A stretch of 64,000 nt of DNA from Eledone cirrhosa (Eukaryota): positions 24,862,001 to 24,926,000 of the forward strand of contig OZ024764.1 in NCBI GenBank assembly GCA_964016885.1. The letters are read 5' to 3'. The translations under genes were made by a program, and so were the position numbers. This document shows positions 12,170 through 24,490 of this stretch, one piece after another. The notes beneath the pieces were generated by a model. The model saw nothing but the letters and a program-made list of their open reading frames with translations. It did not search any database and was not told the DNA's origin. Numbering within the stretch: the stretch's first letter is position 1; each line of letters begins with the position of its first letter.

Positions 12170-12625
12170 AGAGAGTATTATAAAGAGAGTATTATAGAGA
12201 GTATTATAGAGTATTATGAAGAGAGTATTATAGAGACAGTATTATAGAGTATTATAGAGACAGTATTATAAAGAGTATTATAAAGAGTATTATAGAGACA
12301 GTATTATAAAGAGTATTATAGACAGTATTATATAGAGTATTATAGAGACAGTATTATAAAGAGTATTATAGAGACAGTATTATAAAGAGTATTATAGAGA
12401 CAGTATTATAAAGAGTATTATAGAGACAGTATTATAAAGAGTATTATGGAGACAGTATTATAAAGAGTATTATGAAGAGAGTATTATAGAGTATTATGAA
12501 GAGAGTATTATAGAGTATTGAAGAGAGTATTATAAAGAGTATTATAGAGTATTATAAAGTGTTATAAGGAGAGTATTATAGTGTTATAAAGAGAGTATTA
12601 TAAAGAGTATTATAAAGAGTATTAC
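12170..12625. repeat. GAGTATTATA-based low-complexity minisatellite
   Basis: Repeated GAGTATTATA(GAGACA/AA) units. Confidence 0.85.
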
Positions 12626-14087
12626 TTAAAGTCAATATATCAAGTATATCATACAAAGAATGTTAACAAAAGCATGCAATAAGGGGAGACAAATGTATAG
12701 TGACAGCAAGCATGTATGTGTTATCATCATTATCGTTTAACGTCCATATTCCACGCTTGCATGGGTTTGGACGGGAGTTTTCCCACTTGAGGCAAGAGTG
12801 GTTGTCTTGCTCGCATAGGACTGTCTGGCGGGTTTTCTACAGCTGGATGCCCTTCCTAACACCAACCACATTTACAGTGTGGAACTGGGAGGTTTTTACC
12901 GTGTTACCTACATGGCCACATTACAGCATGGACTGTGTGTTTTTTTTGTCGTGACACCTACACGACTTCATTTGTTTCGGCCTGGATGTTGGTACCAACA
13001 TAACTTTACATATATATATATATTTGTGTATACATACATATATCATCATCACCACCATTTTATGTCTATTTTTCCATGCTAGCATGGGTTAGACAAGATG
13101 TCCTGTTGTGGGCAATGCTAGGTCAGGTGACCATGTCTTGCTCATACAGAAATGATTCTGGCTTGGCTTCTACAGCTGGATGTCCTTCCTAACGCCAACC
13201 TCATTTACAGTGAGTACTGGGTGTTCTTTGTCGTGACGCCTACACGACCACTGTACAGTGTGGACAGTGTGAGTAGGGTGCTTTTTATCCTTTTGTCGTG
13301 ACACTTAAACGATCACTTTATAGTGTGGGCTGGGTGCTTGTATGTGTGTATATACGAGGCCTAGTGGTAAGGGTGTTGGACTTATGATGATGTTGTGGGT
13401 TCGATTACTGAACTGGGTTGTGTGTTGTGCTCTTGAGCCCATACCAAGTTACTCTGGTATACTCAGCTGAAAATGAGTAGCAGTAACCCTGCGATAGATT
13501 GGAATCCTGTCCAGGGGGAAGACTTGTACTCTCAGTCGCTTCATGATGAGACTCTTGGACTCAAGAAAGACTTTAGACTTTTTAGATGCATGCATGATGT
13601 ATGTACCAGAAACTCCTGGTAGAGTTGTAGTGATGCCATAGTGACATACAGTGTGTCCTGGGTATTTTAAAACTGGCAGAACCCATTCTTCTCCATGTCT
13701 GAAAACAGCTGATTTCTTCCAGGAAAGTTGAGAGAGAAAGAAAGAGGGAGAATGAGTGGGTGATTGAGAAAGAGATATAGAGAAAGAATTGACCCCAGTT
13801 ATGAATTTGTGCCTATTTTTATTGGCCTTGAAAGGATGAAACGCAAAGTTGACCTTTAGGGGGGGGGGGGGTATTTGAGTGCAAAGAACAGGAATAAATA
13901 CCACAAGGCATTCTGTCCAATACTCAAACAACTGCCAATTTGTGTATATAGAGTGACAAATGTTAACAACACAAATCAACCAATGTATTTCAAACATATA
14001 ATCTGTTTGTGCATCACCTTCGAAATACAGAGAACCAGTGGAGGTTGAGTAAAGGGCATGCATCAGGGAGTAGAATTCTGTCTTTAA

Positions 14088-14299
14088 CCCCTCAGCATTT
14101 AAACTGGCCATATCCAGCCAGAATTCTCTCACCTCTTTCTATTCAAACCACCCGTAACCAGCTGCTCATGATCACATTAAGGTATTGTTCTCAAAATAAA
14201 TAATATCAAAATCTCATAGATTCAATATTATGTGAGATAAAGTGTTTGCCATGAAAGTACAATAGTAAATATAGAGTAATTAATGTAAAGGCTAAAGAG
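14088..14299. mobile_element. piggyBac-like MITE (partial copies at about 25578 and 25810)
   Basis: Flanked by TTAA (14084-87 and 14300-03); imperfect TIRs CCCCTCAGCATTT / AAAGGCTAAAGAG. Confidence 0.6.
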
Positions 14300-15002
14300 T
14301 TAAAAAGGCTCCAAGCCAAGGAAAAAGAGCTGTTAAAACATTAATGTTGATGACATACATGGTATGTTTACATATGTCCAATAATTCAGCTAGAGGTTTA
14401 GAAGTTTATAGTAAAAAAAAAAACATGGCTGACGTGGTGCAAATGCAGTGGAACAGAACCTGAAACTACATGCTTGTGAAGAGAGAACTTATGTGTATAT
14501 ATGTATGTATTATCTTTGTCATCTTCACCATTTAACATCCATTTTTCCACACTAGCATGGGTTAGACGAGTTGTCCAGATGTGAGCCAAGTCAAAGGCAC
14601 ATGGCTTAGTGGTTAGAGCATTGGCCTTGCAATCGAAAGGTTGTGAGTTCAATTCTCAGACCGGGTGATGTGTTGTTTCCTTGAGCAAGACTCTTTATTT
14701 CACATTGCTCCAGTTTACTCAGCTGTAGAAATGAGATGATAGGGACTGGGGTGTAAACATTATATGATGAAGTTTATGTAGATGTTAGTATCTATGGTTA
14801 TGACATGTGTAAACAATAAGTAAAATTAAGCAATTAAATACATTACACAAAAATTTGATTGTTTTCTATGTTGTCTGCTCTGTAATATATCAGGTATTTT
14901 ACATTGAGCTAATTATCTTACTGGTAATTGGGTAGTACTAATTACCATTTCTTATTTATAATTATATATAGATTATATATATAAGTATAAATATTTTTAA
15001 TA

Positions 15003-15003
<1 letters not shown>

Positions 15004-15037
<34 letters not shown>

Positions 15038-16230
15038 TGTTTAACGTCTATCTTCCACGCTAGCATGGGTTAGACGGAAATTGTCCCACTTGAGGCAAGA
15101 TTGGTCAGGTGACCGTGTCTCCCTCGTATAGGACTATCTGTCAGGTTTTGTATGGTTGGATGCCCTTCCTAACACCAACCACGTTTACAGTGTGGAACTG
15201 GGACGTTGTTACCGTGTTACCTACACGGCCACATTATAGCGTGGACTGTGTGTTTTTTTGTCGTGACACCTACACGATCTCATTTGTTTCGGACTGGATG
15301 TTGTGGTACCAACATAACTTTACATTGGAAGGGGTGAGGTGGTGGGTGGTGGGATGGGGGTGTATTTGTTAGAGATGCCTACTGACTGTAGTAGGTTTTA
15401 CTTTGTATTTAGGTAAGGCAGGTCTTCTGTATTACTGAGTACCGCCAAAGATCTCGGTCCAGAGACATTGTCTTGGAGAGGTGTAAGTGTGTGAGGTCGG
15501 AATTTATCAGCTCGTCCCAGGTTTTTCTGGGTCTGCCTATTCCGTGGCTACCGTCTATTTTTATCGTCCTGCACTTTTTTATACAGCTGTCGTCTTTCAT
15601 GCGCATCACGTGACCATACCAATGTAGTCTCCTCTCAAGTAAACATCTGATCCCTCTTATTCCTAATTTCTCCCTTAGTTTGTTTATGCTTTGCCGTTCA
15701 CGTATATTACTATTACACATCCAGCGGAGCATGCAAGCTTTGTTCCTCTCTAGTCTGCGTATATCCTCTGCACACAATGCCCAGGTCTCACTGCCATGTA
15801 ACATTGCTGTTCGTATGCAGGCATCATACAGCCTGCCTTTCATTTTTAGAGAGAACCCTTTAGTGGCCAATAGTGGTATAAGCTCTCTGAACTTTTTCCA
15901 TCTCATTCTGACTCTAGCTACTGTACTTTCAGAGCACCCTCCCCCACTGCTGATTTTGTCACCCAGGTAACGGAAGGTGTCCACTATTTCTATGGAACCA
16001 TCTGTGCAATGGAATGAGCTAGTATTCTGTGGGCACTTGCTGCTACTTATTGTACCAGAGCACCGGCCACATATAAAATCTATATTCTTAATTAGCTTAC
16101 CTTTGATCCCACTACATCTTTTATGCACCCATACTTTGCATTTGGGACATAAAATGGAGTTTCTGCCTACTCCTTTCCTAAACCCATGCTAGTGTGGAAG
16201 ATAGACGTTACACGATGATGATGATGATGA
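15004..16230 (-). mobile_element. 5'-truncated RTE LINE, family B, with an inverted copy of its own 3' tail at the 5' end
   Basis: ORF 16128-15409 (FRYLG, LHGSETW, WYGHVMR, GRPRKTW); about 400-nt 3' UTR; 16180-16230 is the 3' tail in + orientation. Confidence 0.88.
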
Positions 16231-16478
16231 TATATATATTTCAAGGTTACCAAAACTTTGGTACTTTATTTATAAAACAAACTTTGTATTTTATCTGATG
16301 AGAGCGTACCGAAGTTTTGGTACCCTTGAAATATATATAATAGAATAAATATGGTTTTATAAATATAGTTTCCATTTATCATTGATATTATACTCCAGAA
16401 AACCTGTCGAGTGCTTCGAATCAGTTATAAACATATATATTTGTTGAATTACCAACAAATTAAATATCCCTTCTGCTT
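16231..16478 (+). mobile_element. Penelope pLTR remnant with short inverted 5' arm; hammerhead at 16287-16347
   Basis: TATTTTAT-CTGATGA-stem II (GTACC/GGTAC)-GAAA-TATATATA-ATAGAATA; 16231-16264 is the reverse complement of 16306-16339. Confidence 0.8.
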
Positions 16479-16496
16479 ATATATATATATATATAT

Positions 16497-17036
16497 ACAG
16501 TATTTTCCGTTGTGTTGTAATATAAATATTACACACAGTAGATTGACAGCTCACGTAGAGTTTGCTCGACGGTTCCAGTTGTAGTTCCAAAAGTAATCCG
16601 GAGAAAAATAGAAAGATTTGAATGGATACAGTTTAGTTGAAAGGAATTTATTGACACGTGTTTCTATAACAGTTACATAACCTGAAAACAGCTACTATCT
16701 ACAAAGTTTTAGTTATGCAGACATTCAATATTTCAATGTTATTATTTACTGTCATTTCATCAGAATAATATTACTGAGATTCTCACTGCTATCAAAAAAC
16801 CACTCCCTCAACTATTCTTCTAACAACTTCACCCCTCCCTCCTAATATTCTCTATAAAAACCAAATAGGTCCTCAGTAATATTATTCTGATGAAATGACA
16901 GTAAATAATAACATTGAAATATTGAATGTCTGCATAACTAAAACTTTGTAGATAGCAGCTGTTTTCAGGTTATGTAACTGTTATAGAAACACGTGTCAAT
17001 AAATTCCTGTCAACTAAACTGTATCCATTCAAATCT

Positions 17037-17041
<5 letters not shown>
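16497..17041. mobile_element. Fold-back Penelope pLTR element (arms about 16608-16778 and 16872-17041); hammerhead at 16882-17002 with mirror copy
   Basis: About 170-bp near-perfect inverted repeat; TTATT-CTGATGA-A-ATGACAGT...ACTGTTAT-A-GAAAC-ACGT-GTC-AATAA. Confidence 0.82.
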
Positions 17042-17074
<33 letters not shown>

Positions 17075-17427
17075 TCATCATCGTTTAACGTCCATCTTCC
17101 ACGCTAGCATGGGTTATATATATATATAGGGAGAGAGAGAGCACCCAGCACTCACTGTAAATGAGGTTGGTGTTAAGAAGGGCATCCCGTTGTAGAAATC
17201 AAGCCAAAATCACTTCTGTATGAACAAGACAAGGTCACCTGACCTGGTATTGCCCCCAACAGGACAACCTGTCTAACCCACGCCAGCGTGGAAGAATGGA
17301 CATAAAACGGTGATGATGATGATATATTTATATATATCATTATATACCCCCCCCCCCACACACACACACCTAAAAAGATGGATACTGAGAAAAATGTAAA
17401 AGTTTGTTTCAATGTTTCACATTGCAG

Positions 17428-17480
17428 CCTAACATGAACCAACATGACAGTGGAAGTAGTTACCGAGCAGATGGAAGAGG
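17428..17480 (+). CDS. SELENOK: Selenoprotein K coding exon
   Basis: TTGCAG acceptor, GTAAGG donor; PNMNQHDSGSSYRADGR(G), phase 0 to phase 2, resembling vertebrate ...SRYDDGRG. Confidence 0.88.
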
Positions 17481-17500
17481 GTAAGGACTTGTTTTAAACA

Positions 17501-17599
<99 letters not shown>

Positions 17600-17776
17600 C
17601 AGATCTTCCATTTGTGAGGTGGTTGTGTTGGCCCTGGGCATCATTTGGGGAAAAGAACTTAATAAATTTGATTGATTTATCGAATATTGATTGATTTATC
17701 GAATAAAGCATTTTTCATGTTTCATCTGTGTTTATATATTCAAAATATTTTCCTTTCTCATATTTCTCAGTATATT

Positions 17777-18555
17777 AAGGCCTCATACTTGAGTGTTTGG
17801 GACATTAGGCCTTATACTTGAGTGTTTGGGACATTAGGCCTCATACTTGAGTATTTGGGACATTAGGCCTTATACTTGAGTGTTTGGGACATTAGGCCTC
17901 ATACTTGAGTGTTTGGGACATTAGGCCTTATACTTGAGTGTTTGGGACATTAGGCCTCATACTTGAGTGTTTGAGACTTTAGGCCTTATACTTGAGTGTT
18001 TGGGACATTAGGCCTTATACTTGAGTGTTTGGGACATTAGGCCTCATACTTGAGTGTTTGGGACATTAGGCCTTATACTTGAGTGTTTGGGACATTAGGC
18101 CTTATACTTGAGTGTTTGGGACATTAGGCCTTATACTTGAGTGTTTGGGACATTAGGCCTCATACTTGAGTGTTTGAGACTTTAGGCCTTATACTTGAGT
18201 GTTTGGGACATTAGGCCTTATACTTGAGTGTTTGGGACATTAGGCCTTATACTTGAGTGTTTGGGACATTAGGCCTCATACTTCAGTGTTTGGGACATTA
18301 GGCCTCATACTTGAGTGTTTGGGACATTAGGCCTCATACTTGAGTGTTTGGGACATTAGGCCTCATACTTGAGTGTTTGGGACATTAGGCCTTATACTTG
18401 AGTGTTTGGGACATTAGGCCTCATACTTGAGTGTTTGGGACATTAGGCCTCATACTTGAGTGTTTGGGACATTAGGCCTCATACTTGAGTGTTTGGGACA
18501 TTAGGCCTTATACTTGAGTGTTTGGGACATTAGGCCTTATACTTGAGTGTTTGGG
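17777..18555. repeat. 29-bp minisatellite (AGGCCT[C/T]ATACTTGAGTGTTTGGGACATT), about 27 copies
   Basis: Highly homogeneous direct tandem array in a SELENOK intron. Confidence 0.93.
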
Positions 18556-19180
18556 GCATACAGTCAAGATTTGCCCCGGACATCACTAGAGCTCTGCACA
18601 CCGCTGTGCTAGTGTCACAATAAATAACAATAAAAAACGCCCAGTTCACCCTGTAGGATGGTAGTGCTGGTGATATAAAAAAATAATGGTTGTGGTGAAA
18701 TATTTGACAAGGTGAGGCTGAATATCGACAACGATGGTAGGTCTCCTCCAAATATGTGACCTACTATTGACCCAAGTTCATGTCAGTACACAGCATTGAC
18801 AAGTTCCCTCAGTCAATGTAACGGAGGTCACGAAGACATCACTTTGTCCTGGTCATATTTTAACTTTAGTCGGTTTGCTGATAAAATAGTCCTTGCTGAT
18901 GAAATTCTCAGAGGACCGCGACATTACTTCTGTTGATGGCGACATCTTCTATCGCTTGGGATAAAGTACTCGATGTGCCTGCAGCAGGACACTGCACCCT
19001 TTAAAACCTCCATGCTTCCTGATATTCCCCCTCCATACACACACATGTATCTGTGTGTATATCATGACTCGTACACTGTTCACTTTCCTGACATTTGTAC
19101 AATATTCTATGTACTATACATTCACATTTGATGAGTTGTAGTGCACCTGAGCACTGTACACAATAATTTCATTATTATTA

Positions 19181-20397
19181 TCTATATACTACTAAAAGTC
19201 TGTGATTGTGTCTTGTCTGTAATGTAATACAGCCAAAAGGGGGCATAATGGGAAAATACTTTGAAAGGAAGTTGACCCTGAAATGGGAATACAAATGGGA
19301 TAAAACAAGTTTCACGTTAATCGAAGAAAGGGTTCCTGAGATACGGGGTTTTCTGGGTACCTTTATAAATAAAGAGAGAAGGATAGAGGAAGAGATAGTG
19401 GTTGTGACAGAGTAGGTTGAAAGAGAGAGAGAGAGAGGAGAATAGAAGAGAGAGAGAGCTGCTGGTGTTGTGTATATATGTGAGTGTATATATATATATA
19501 TATATGTGTGTGTATATATATGTGTGTGTCTATGACCAGTGTATATAGATCAGACACCCACATATATATACACACACACATTTATATATATATACATACA
19601 CACGTATATATATACATACACACACGTGTGTATATATATATATATATATATAGACCTTCCAGTGTCTTCCCACATTATACACACAAGTATATATATATTG
19701 ACCTTCCAGTGTCACCCCACATTATACACACATGTGTATATATATATATATTGACCTTCCAGTGTCACCCCACATTATACACACATGTATATATATATTG
19801 ACCTTCCAGTGTCACCCCACATTATACACACATGTATATATATATTGACCTTCCAGTGTCACCCCACATTATACACACATGTATATATATATATTGACCT
19901 TCCAGTGTCACCCCACATTATACACACATGTATATATATATTGACCTTCCAGTGTCACCCCACATTATACACACATGTATATATATATTGACCTTCCAGT
20001 GTCACCCCACATTATACACACATGTATATATATATTGACCTTCCAGTGTCACCCCACATTATACACACATGTATATATATATATTGACCTTCCAGTGTCA
20101 CCCCACATTATACACACATGTATATATATATTGACCTTCCAGTGTCACCCCTCATTATACACACATGTATATATATATTGACCTTCCAGTGTCACCCCTC
20201 ATTATACACACATGTATATATATATTGACCTTCCAGTGTCTTCCCACATTATACACACATGTATATATATATATATATATATATATATGGGGCCTTCTAG
20301 TGTCATTTTACGTTGTATATACATGCCTGTATATTTTGATAATTTAAAAAATATTTTAAAGTGAAGGTGACCCTTTAGGAGACGGGTGGTTTAGTTG
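19181..20397 (+). mobile_element. Non-autonomous Helitron-like element with an internal 46-48 bp minisatellite (19650-20270); partial inverted copy at about 21545-22110
   Basis: Starts TCTATATACTACTAAAAG and ends with degenerate CCC...CGGG...TAGT; body is the reverse complement of 21570-22108. Confidence 0.55.
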
Positions 20398-21636
20398 TTA
20401 TTAAAAGTAGGGCCCTCCTATCACTGGTTATCTGGATGGACTGCAGCAGCAACAGACTTTTGGGTACATGAAGACTGATTGATGTTAGCTAAATGTCCAT
20501 TTTTCTGGCAATTTAAGCATGAAGCATCCTTAGAAAGGCAGAGATATTGTGGATGCCTGGTATTGCTACAGAAATAGCATGATTACTTGTGACTTGGTTG
20601 CTGAACGGTCACTGAAGTAGGTTTTGATGGAGGAACATCAGCAGAGTTCAAATCCCGCCGAGGTTAACTTTGCCTTTCATCCTTACGGGGTCGATAAAAT
20701 AAAGTACCAGTAATACACTGCATAATTGCTGGCCTTGTGCCAAAAATAGAAACAATTATTAGTGTCTGAAAGAGTATTGGCAAATTGAGGTTGAGCGTAC
20801 TCTTAACATCTATCTTCCATGCTAGCATGGGTTAGATGAGTTTGTCCCATTTAGAGGCAAGTTAGGTTGGGTGACCGTGTCTCGCTCATATAGGACTGTA
20901 TCTGGCTGGTTTTCTATGGCTGGATGCCCTTCCTAATGCCAACCGAATTGACAGTGCGTACTGGGTGCTTTTTGCTGTGTTATTTACACGTCCACTTTAC
21001 AGTGTGGGCTGGGTGTTTTGGGGGTAGGTTTTCTACGGTTGGATGCCCTTCCTAACGCCAACCACATTTACAGTGTGTGCCGGATACTTTTTGACACGAC
21101 ACACGAATATCAAGAGATTTAGCTTGTTGGAAGACTTTATCAAGTGATAGTTTTATTTCCTAGAAGATACTGTCTGATAGCACTTCACTTCAAGCCTGAT
21201 ATGCTTCTCTGATACATTGCTATACTCCTCTGCGACAGGTTTCAAGTTAGTCCTTTGCAAGTTTTCCTAATGCCTGGAGAAATTCATCAACTTTTTGTTG
21301 TGACACCTACACAACCACTTTACAGTGTGGACTTGGAACTTTAGATAAAAACTCTTTCTTCTTAAGAAAATTCTAAGATTCCTGATTTTAGAGTCTCCTA
21401 TCCTCGGGACGGATCTTTAGCAGTTGAAACTTGTTAGACAACATATTGACTCTTTGGTGTTTATTATTCTTTATATATCAGCTCTACATGAACCCTACTG
21501 CATTGAGCTTTAAACCTTCTGGTTAAGTATATACCCAATAAAATCATGTTCACTTAAAACTAGTTTTTAAATAGTTAAAATATACACAGACATGTATATA
21601 ATGTGAAATGGAACTGGAAGGCCCATATATATATAG

Positions 21637-21673
<37 letters not shown>

Positions 21674-22300
21674 CGTACGTGTGTATGTATATGTGTGTTT
21701 GTATATATATAAATGTGTATGTATATATAAATGTGTGTATGTATATATATATAAATATGTGAGTAGTGTGTGTGTACATATGTGTGAGTGTGTGTGTATA
21801 TATGTGGGTGTCTGATCTATATACACTGGTCATAGACACGCACGCGCGCACGCACGCACGCACGCGCACACGCGCACACGCGCACACATATATATATATA
21901 CACATACAACACCATTCTCTCTCTCCTCTCTCTTTCAATCTACTCTCTCACAACCACTATCTCTTCCACTCTATCCTTCTCTCTCTCTATCTATAAAGGT
22001 ACCCAGTAAACCCCATATCTCTGGAACCCGTGCTCCGATTTACGTGAAACTTGTTTTATTCCATTTGTATTCCCATTTCAGGGTCAATTTCCTTTCAAAG
22101 TATTTTCACCTTGGGTTTCCTTATTCTATAGTTCAGATGCCACTTCAGTCCACCTAAATCTTCTGACAAACATGACTCTGAAACTGATTCTCTGCAGCAA
22201 AGTTTGAATAATCAACTTGGACTTTACCATCGCTGGTGTAACCCCAAGCCAGTACCTGAAAGGCACACCCCAGGACCTACAGGGTACCTGAAAACCAATG

Positions 22301-22340
<40 letters not shown>

Positions 22341-22457
22341 ATACTTTGGGAGGGTCATGTTGCCAATAAAAACACACACCTGTTGGTTTTCACTTCAATT
22401 TATTATAAATTTCCAGTTGATTGGTTGGTTTGATAACCGGAACGTTGTTTATATATT

Positions 22458-22500
22458 GTCAAAGCTCTTTCATCACAAATTCTGTGACCTCCTCAGTGAC
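22458..22500 (-). ncRNA. Type I hammerhead ribozyme (Penelope remnant 22333-22530)
   Basis: GTCA-CTGAGGA-G GTCACA gaatt TGTGAT-GAAA-GAGCTT-TGAC. Confidence 0.65.
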
Positions 22501-22681
22501 TAGGTTTTTATTTTGTGTATCTTTCTTTTGTTCTATCCTACACCATTTTGTTTTTGTGTCTCACACACACACACTCGGATGTAACACATGTGCAAACTAA
22601 ACACAAAAACAATATGGTGTAGGACAGAACAAAGGAGAGATGCACAAAATAAAAACCTAGTCACGCACGCATGCGCGCACA

Positions 22682-22939
22682 TCTGTCTATATACAGGCGA
22701 TGCATTTACAGTTTCCGTCTGATTTTGTTCAACTGTGATACATAGCTTATTTAGCTCCCAGAGCATGTCAGCATATAGTTTAAATTTTGCACTCCCCTAA
22801 AATAGCAGAGTTCTGGGGCTATTTAAAGATGGTCATGTTGAGGAGATAGGAGGTCTTTGACAGTGGCGAAGGTGGAGGACAAGAAAGAAAGAGAGAACAG
22901 GGTAAAGGTGTGCCTGGCAACGGCGGGCTCTTTTGCTAG
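22682..22939 (+). mobile_element. Small non-autonomous Helitron-like element
   Basis: A|TC start, 3' GCCTGGCAACGGCGGGC...CTAG|T end; a similar end lies at 25670-25685. Confidence 0.5.
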
Positions 22940-22940
22940 T

Positions 22941-23275
22941 GATGGCTGCAAACTCTGCCAAGAGTATTGCAATGACTTGTCAGATTCAGATGTGTGATGC
23001 TCGGATATGGCTTTTCAAGCCTGCTAGAGACTTGCACTCCTTCACACACTGACAACTATGGATCTCCCTGGCTTGAGGTCCCGCACTAGGTTGCCCGTGA
23101 ACCCTCACAACACCATGGAGATCATAGTTCACTGGTTCTCTTTGAACATGGCTGCCACTGTGGCTCCTGAGACCAGATTTACTCAGGTAAATCTTTCTAT
23201 AATCCGGGCACTTCAATTCAATGGAGACACCGATCGTTTCAAGAGATACCCCAGGGCATTGCTTTACGCACATCT
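22941..23275 (-). mobile_element. RTE/BovB-like LINE 3' fragment with C2H2-like fingers
   Basis: CPDYRKIYLSKSGLRSH and [19 protein letters not shown]; the same type of end occurs at 56630-56760. Confidence 0.55.
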
Positions 23276-23384
23276 TTTGCTAGTATATATATATACAATT
23301 ATACATACATATCTACACACTATATACATTCTGTTGATTTGCATTTATATATAATATCATTATTTTATTTTTCCTATTTTTCAG

Positions 23385-23484
23385 TCCACCACCACCGCCA
23401 AAGCGCCGAATGGGCAGAGTAAATTTTGACAAGGACTCTCCTCGTGCCCCACCCATGGGGGGTGTGGGGGGTGGATGAGGGTAA
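23385..23484 (+). CDS. SELENOK: Selenoprotein K last coding exon with Sec-UGA (23476-23478) and TAA stop
   Basis: TTTTTCAG acceptor; PPPPPKRRMGRVNFDKDSPRAPPMGGVGGG-TGA-G-TAA, matching the SELENOK C-terminus PPRRMGRI...PPPMAGGUGR. Confidence 0.93.
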
Positions 23485-23485
23485 A

Positions 23486-23515
23486 CAGTCTGCTGTCTTA
23501 AATGACAGCAGACTG
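23486..23515 (+). promoter_or_regulatory. Stem-loop immediately 3' of the Sec codon (SRE / proximal stem-loop-like)
   Basis: CAGTCTGCTGTC-TTAAAT-GACAGCAGACTG is a perfect 12-bp stem starting 7 nt after the UGA. Function is inferred. Confidence 0.6.
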
Positions 23516-23620
23516 GCATCAGATGATCCCTACTAGTCTGGAAACAGTAATCTCCTCCCCCTCCCCTCTTTTTAACTATGTATATATCTTTCTAATTATT
23601 TATATCCGTCTCTCTCTTTA

Positions 23621-23658
<38 letters not shown>

Positions 23659-23825
23659 ACTATATGTATATTATATTATACATTGTGTATATATATATAT
23701 AACTATATGTATATTATATTATACATTGTGTATATATATAACTATATGTATATTATATTATACATTGTGTGTATATATATATATAATACATATATATATA
23801 ACTATATGTATATTATATTATACAT

Positions 23826-23862
<37 letters not shown>

Positions 23863-23963
23863 CATATATATATAACTATATGTATATTATATTATACATT
23901 GTGTATATATATATATATATAATACATATATATATATAACTATATGTATATTATATTATACAT

Positions 23964-23995
<32 letters not shown>

Positions 23996-24294
23996 ACTAT
24001 ATGTATATTATATTATATATTGTGTGTATATATATATATAATATATATATAACTATATGTATATTATATTATACATATATTACAAGGGTGGTGGATTGGC
24101 AGTATCAGTGGAGTCAGGTGCCATGCTTTCCTGTATAGAGTTACGTCCCTTTACAGACTGAGTTCAAATCCCGCTGAGGTTAATTTTGTCTTTCATCCTT
24201 ACGGGGTTGATAAAATAAAGTACCAGTAATGTATTGGGGTAATTGCTAGCCTTGTGCCAAAAGTAGAAACAATTATATTTATATATATTATATT

Positions 24295-24490
24295 AATAGG
24301 AACAAGTAAGACCCCGACGGCAGAGTTCAAGCCGTTTCGATGGCTAATTCTGTACAGAATTAGCCGTCGAAACGGCTTGAGCTCAGCCGTCGGGGTCTTA
24401 CTTGTTCCTATTACCCACTCTACTACCCTAAGTATTGAGTACTTTGGTGCGTTATGGTCCACCTGGTTCCTTACCACATTTCCTTCGTTA
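24295..24490. mobile_element. Hairpin Penelope pLTR remnant
   Basis: 24295-24412 is a near-perfect palindrome centred on TCTGTACAGA; contains the hammerhead 3' half GAAACGGCT...AGCCGTC; tail shared with 7235, 10836 and 52604. Confidence 0.78.

Noticed and set aside
13449-14132. 227-aa minus-strand ORF
   Set aside because: It runs across MITE, SINE and GA-rich fragments with no recognisable domain.
17777-18555. CRISPR-like appearance of the 29-bp and 45-bp arrays
   Set aside because: No unique spacers, no cas genes, eukaryotic context.
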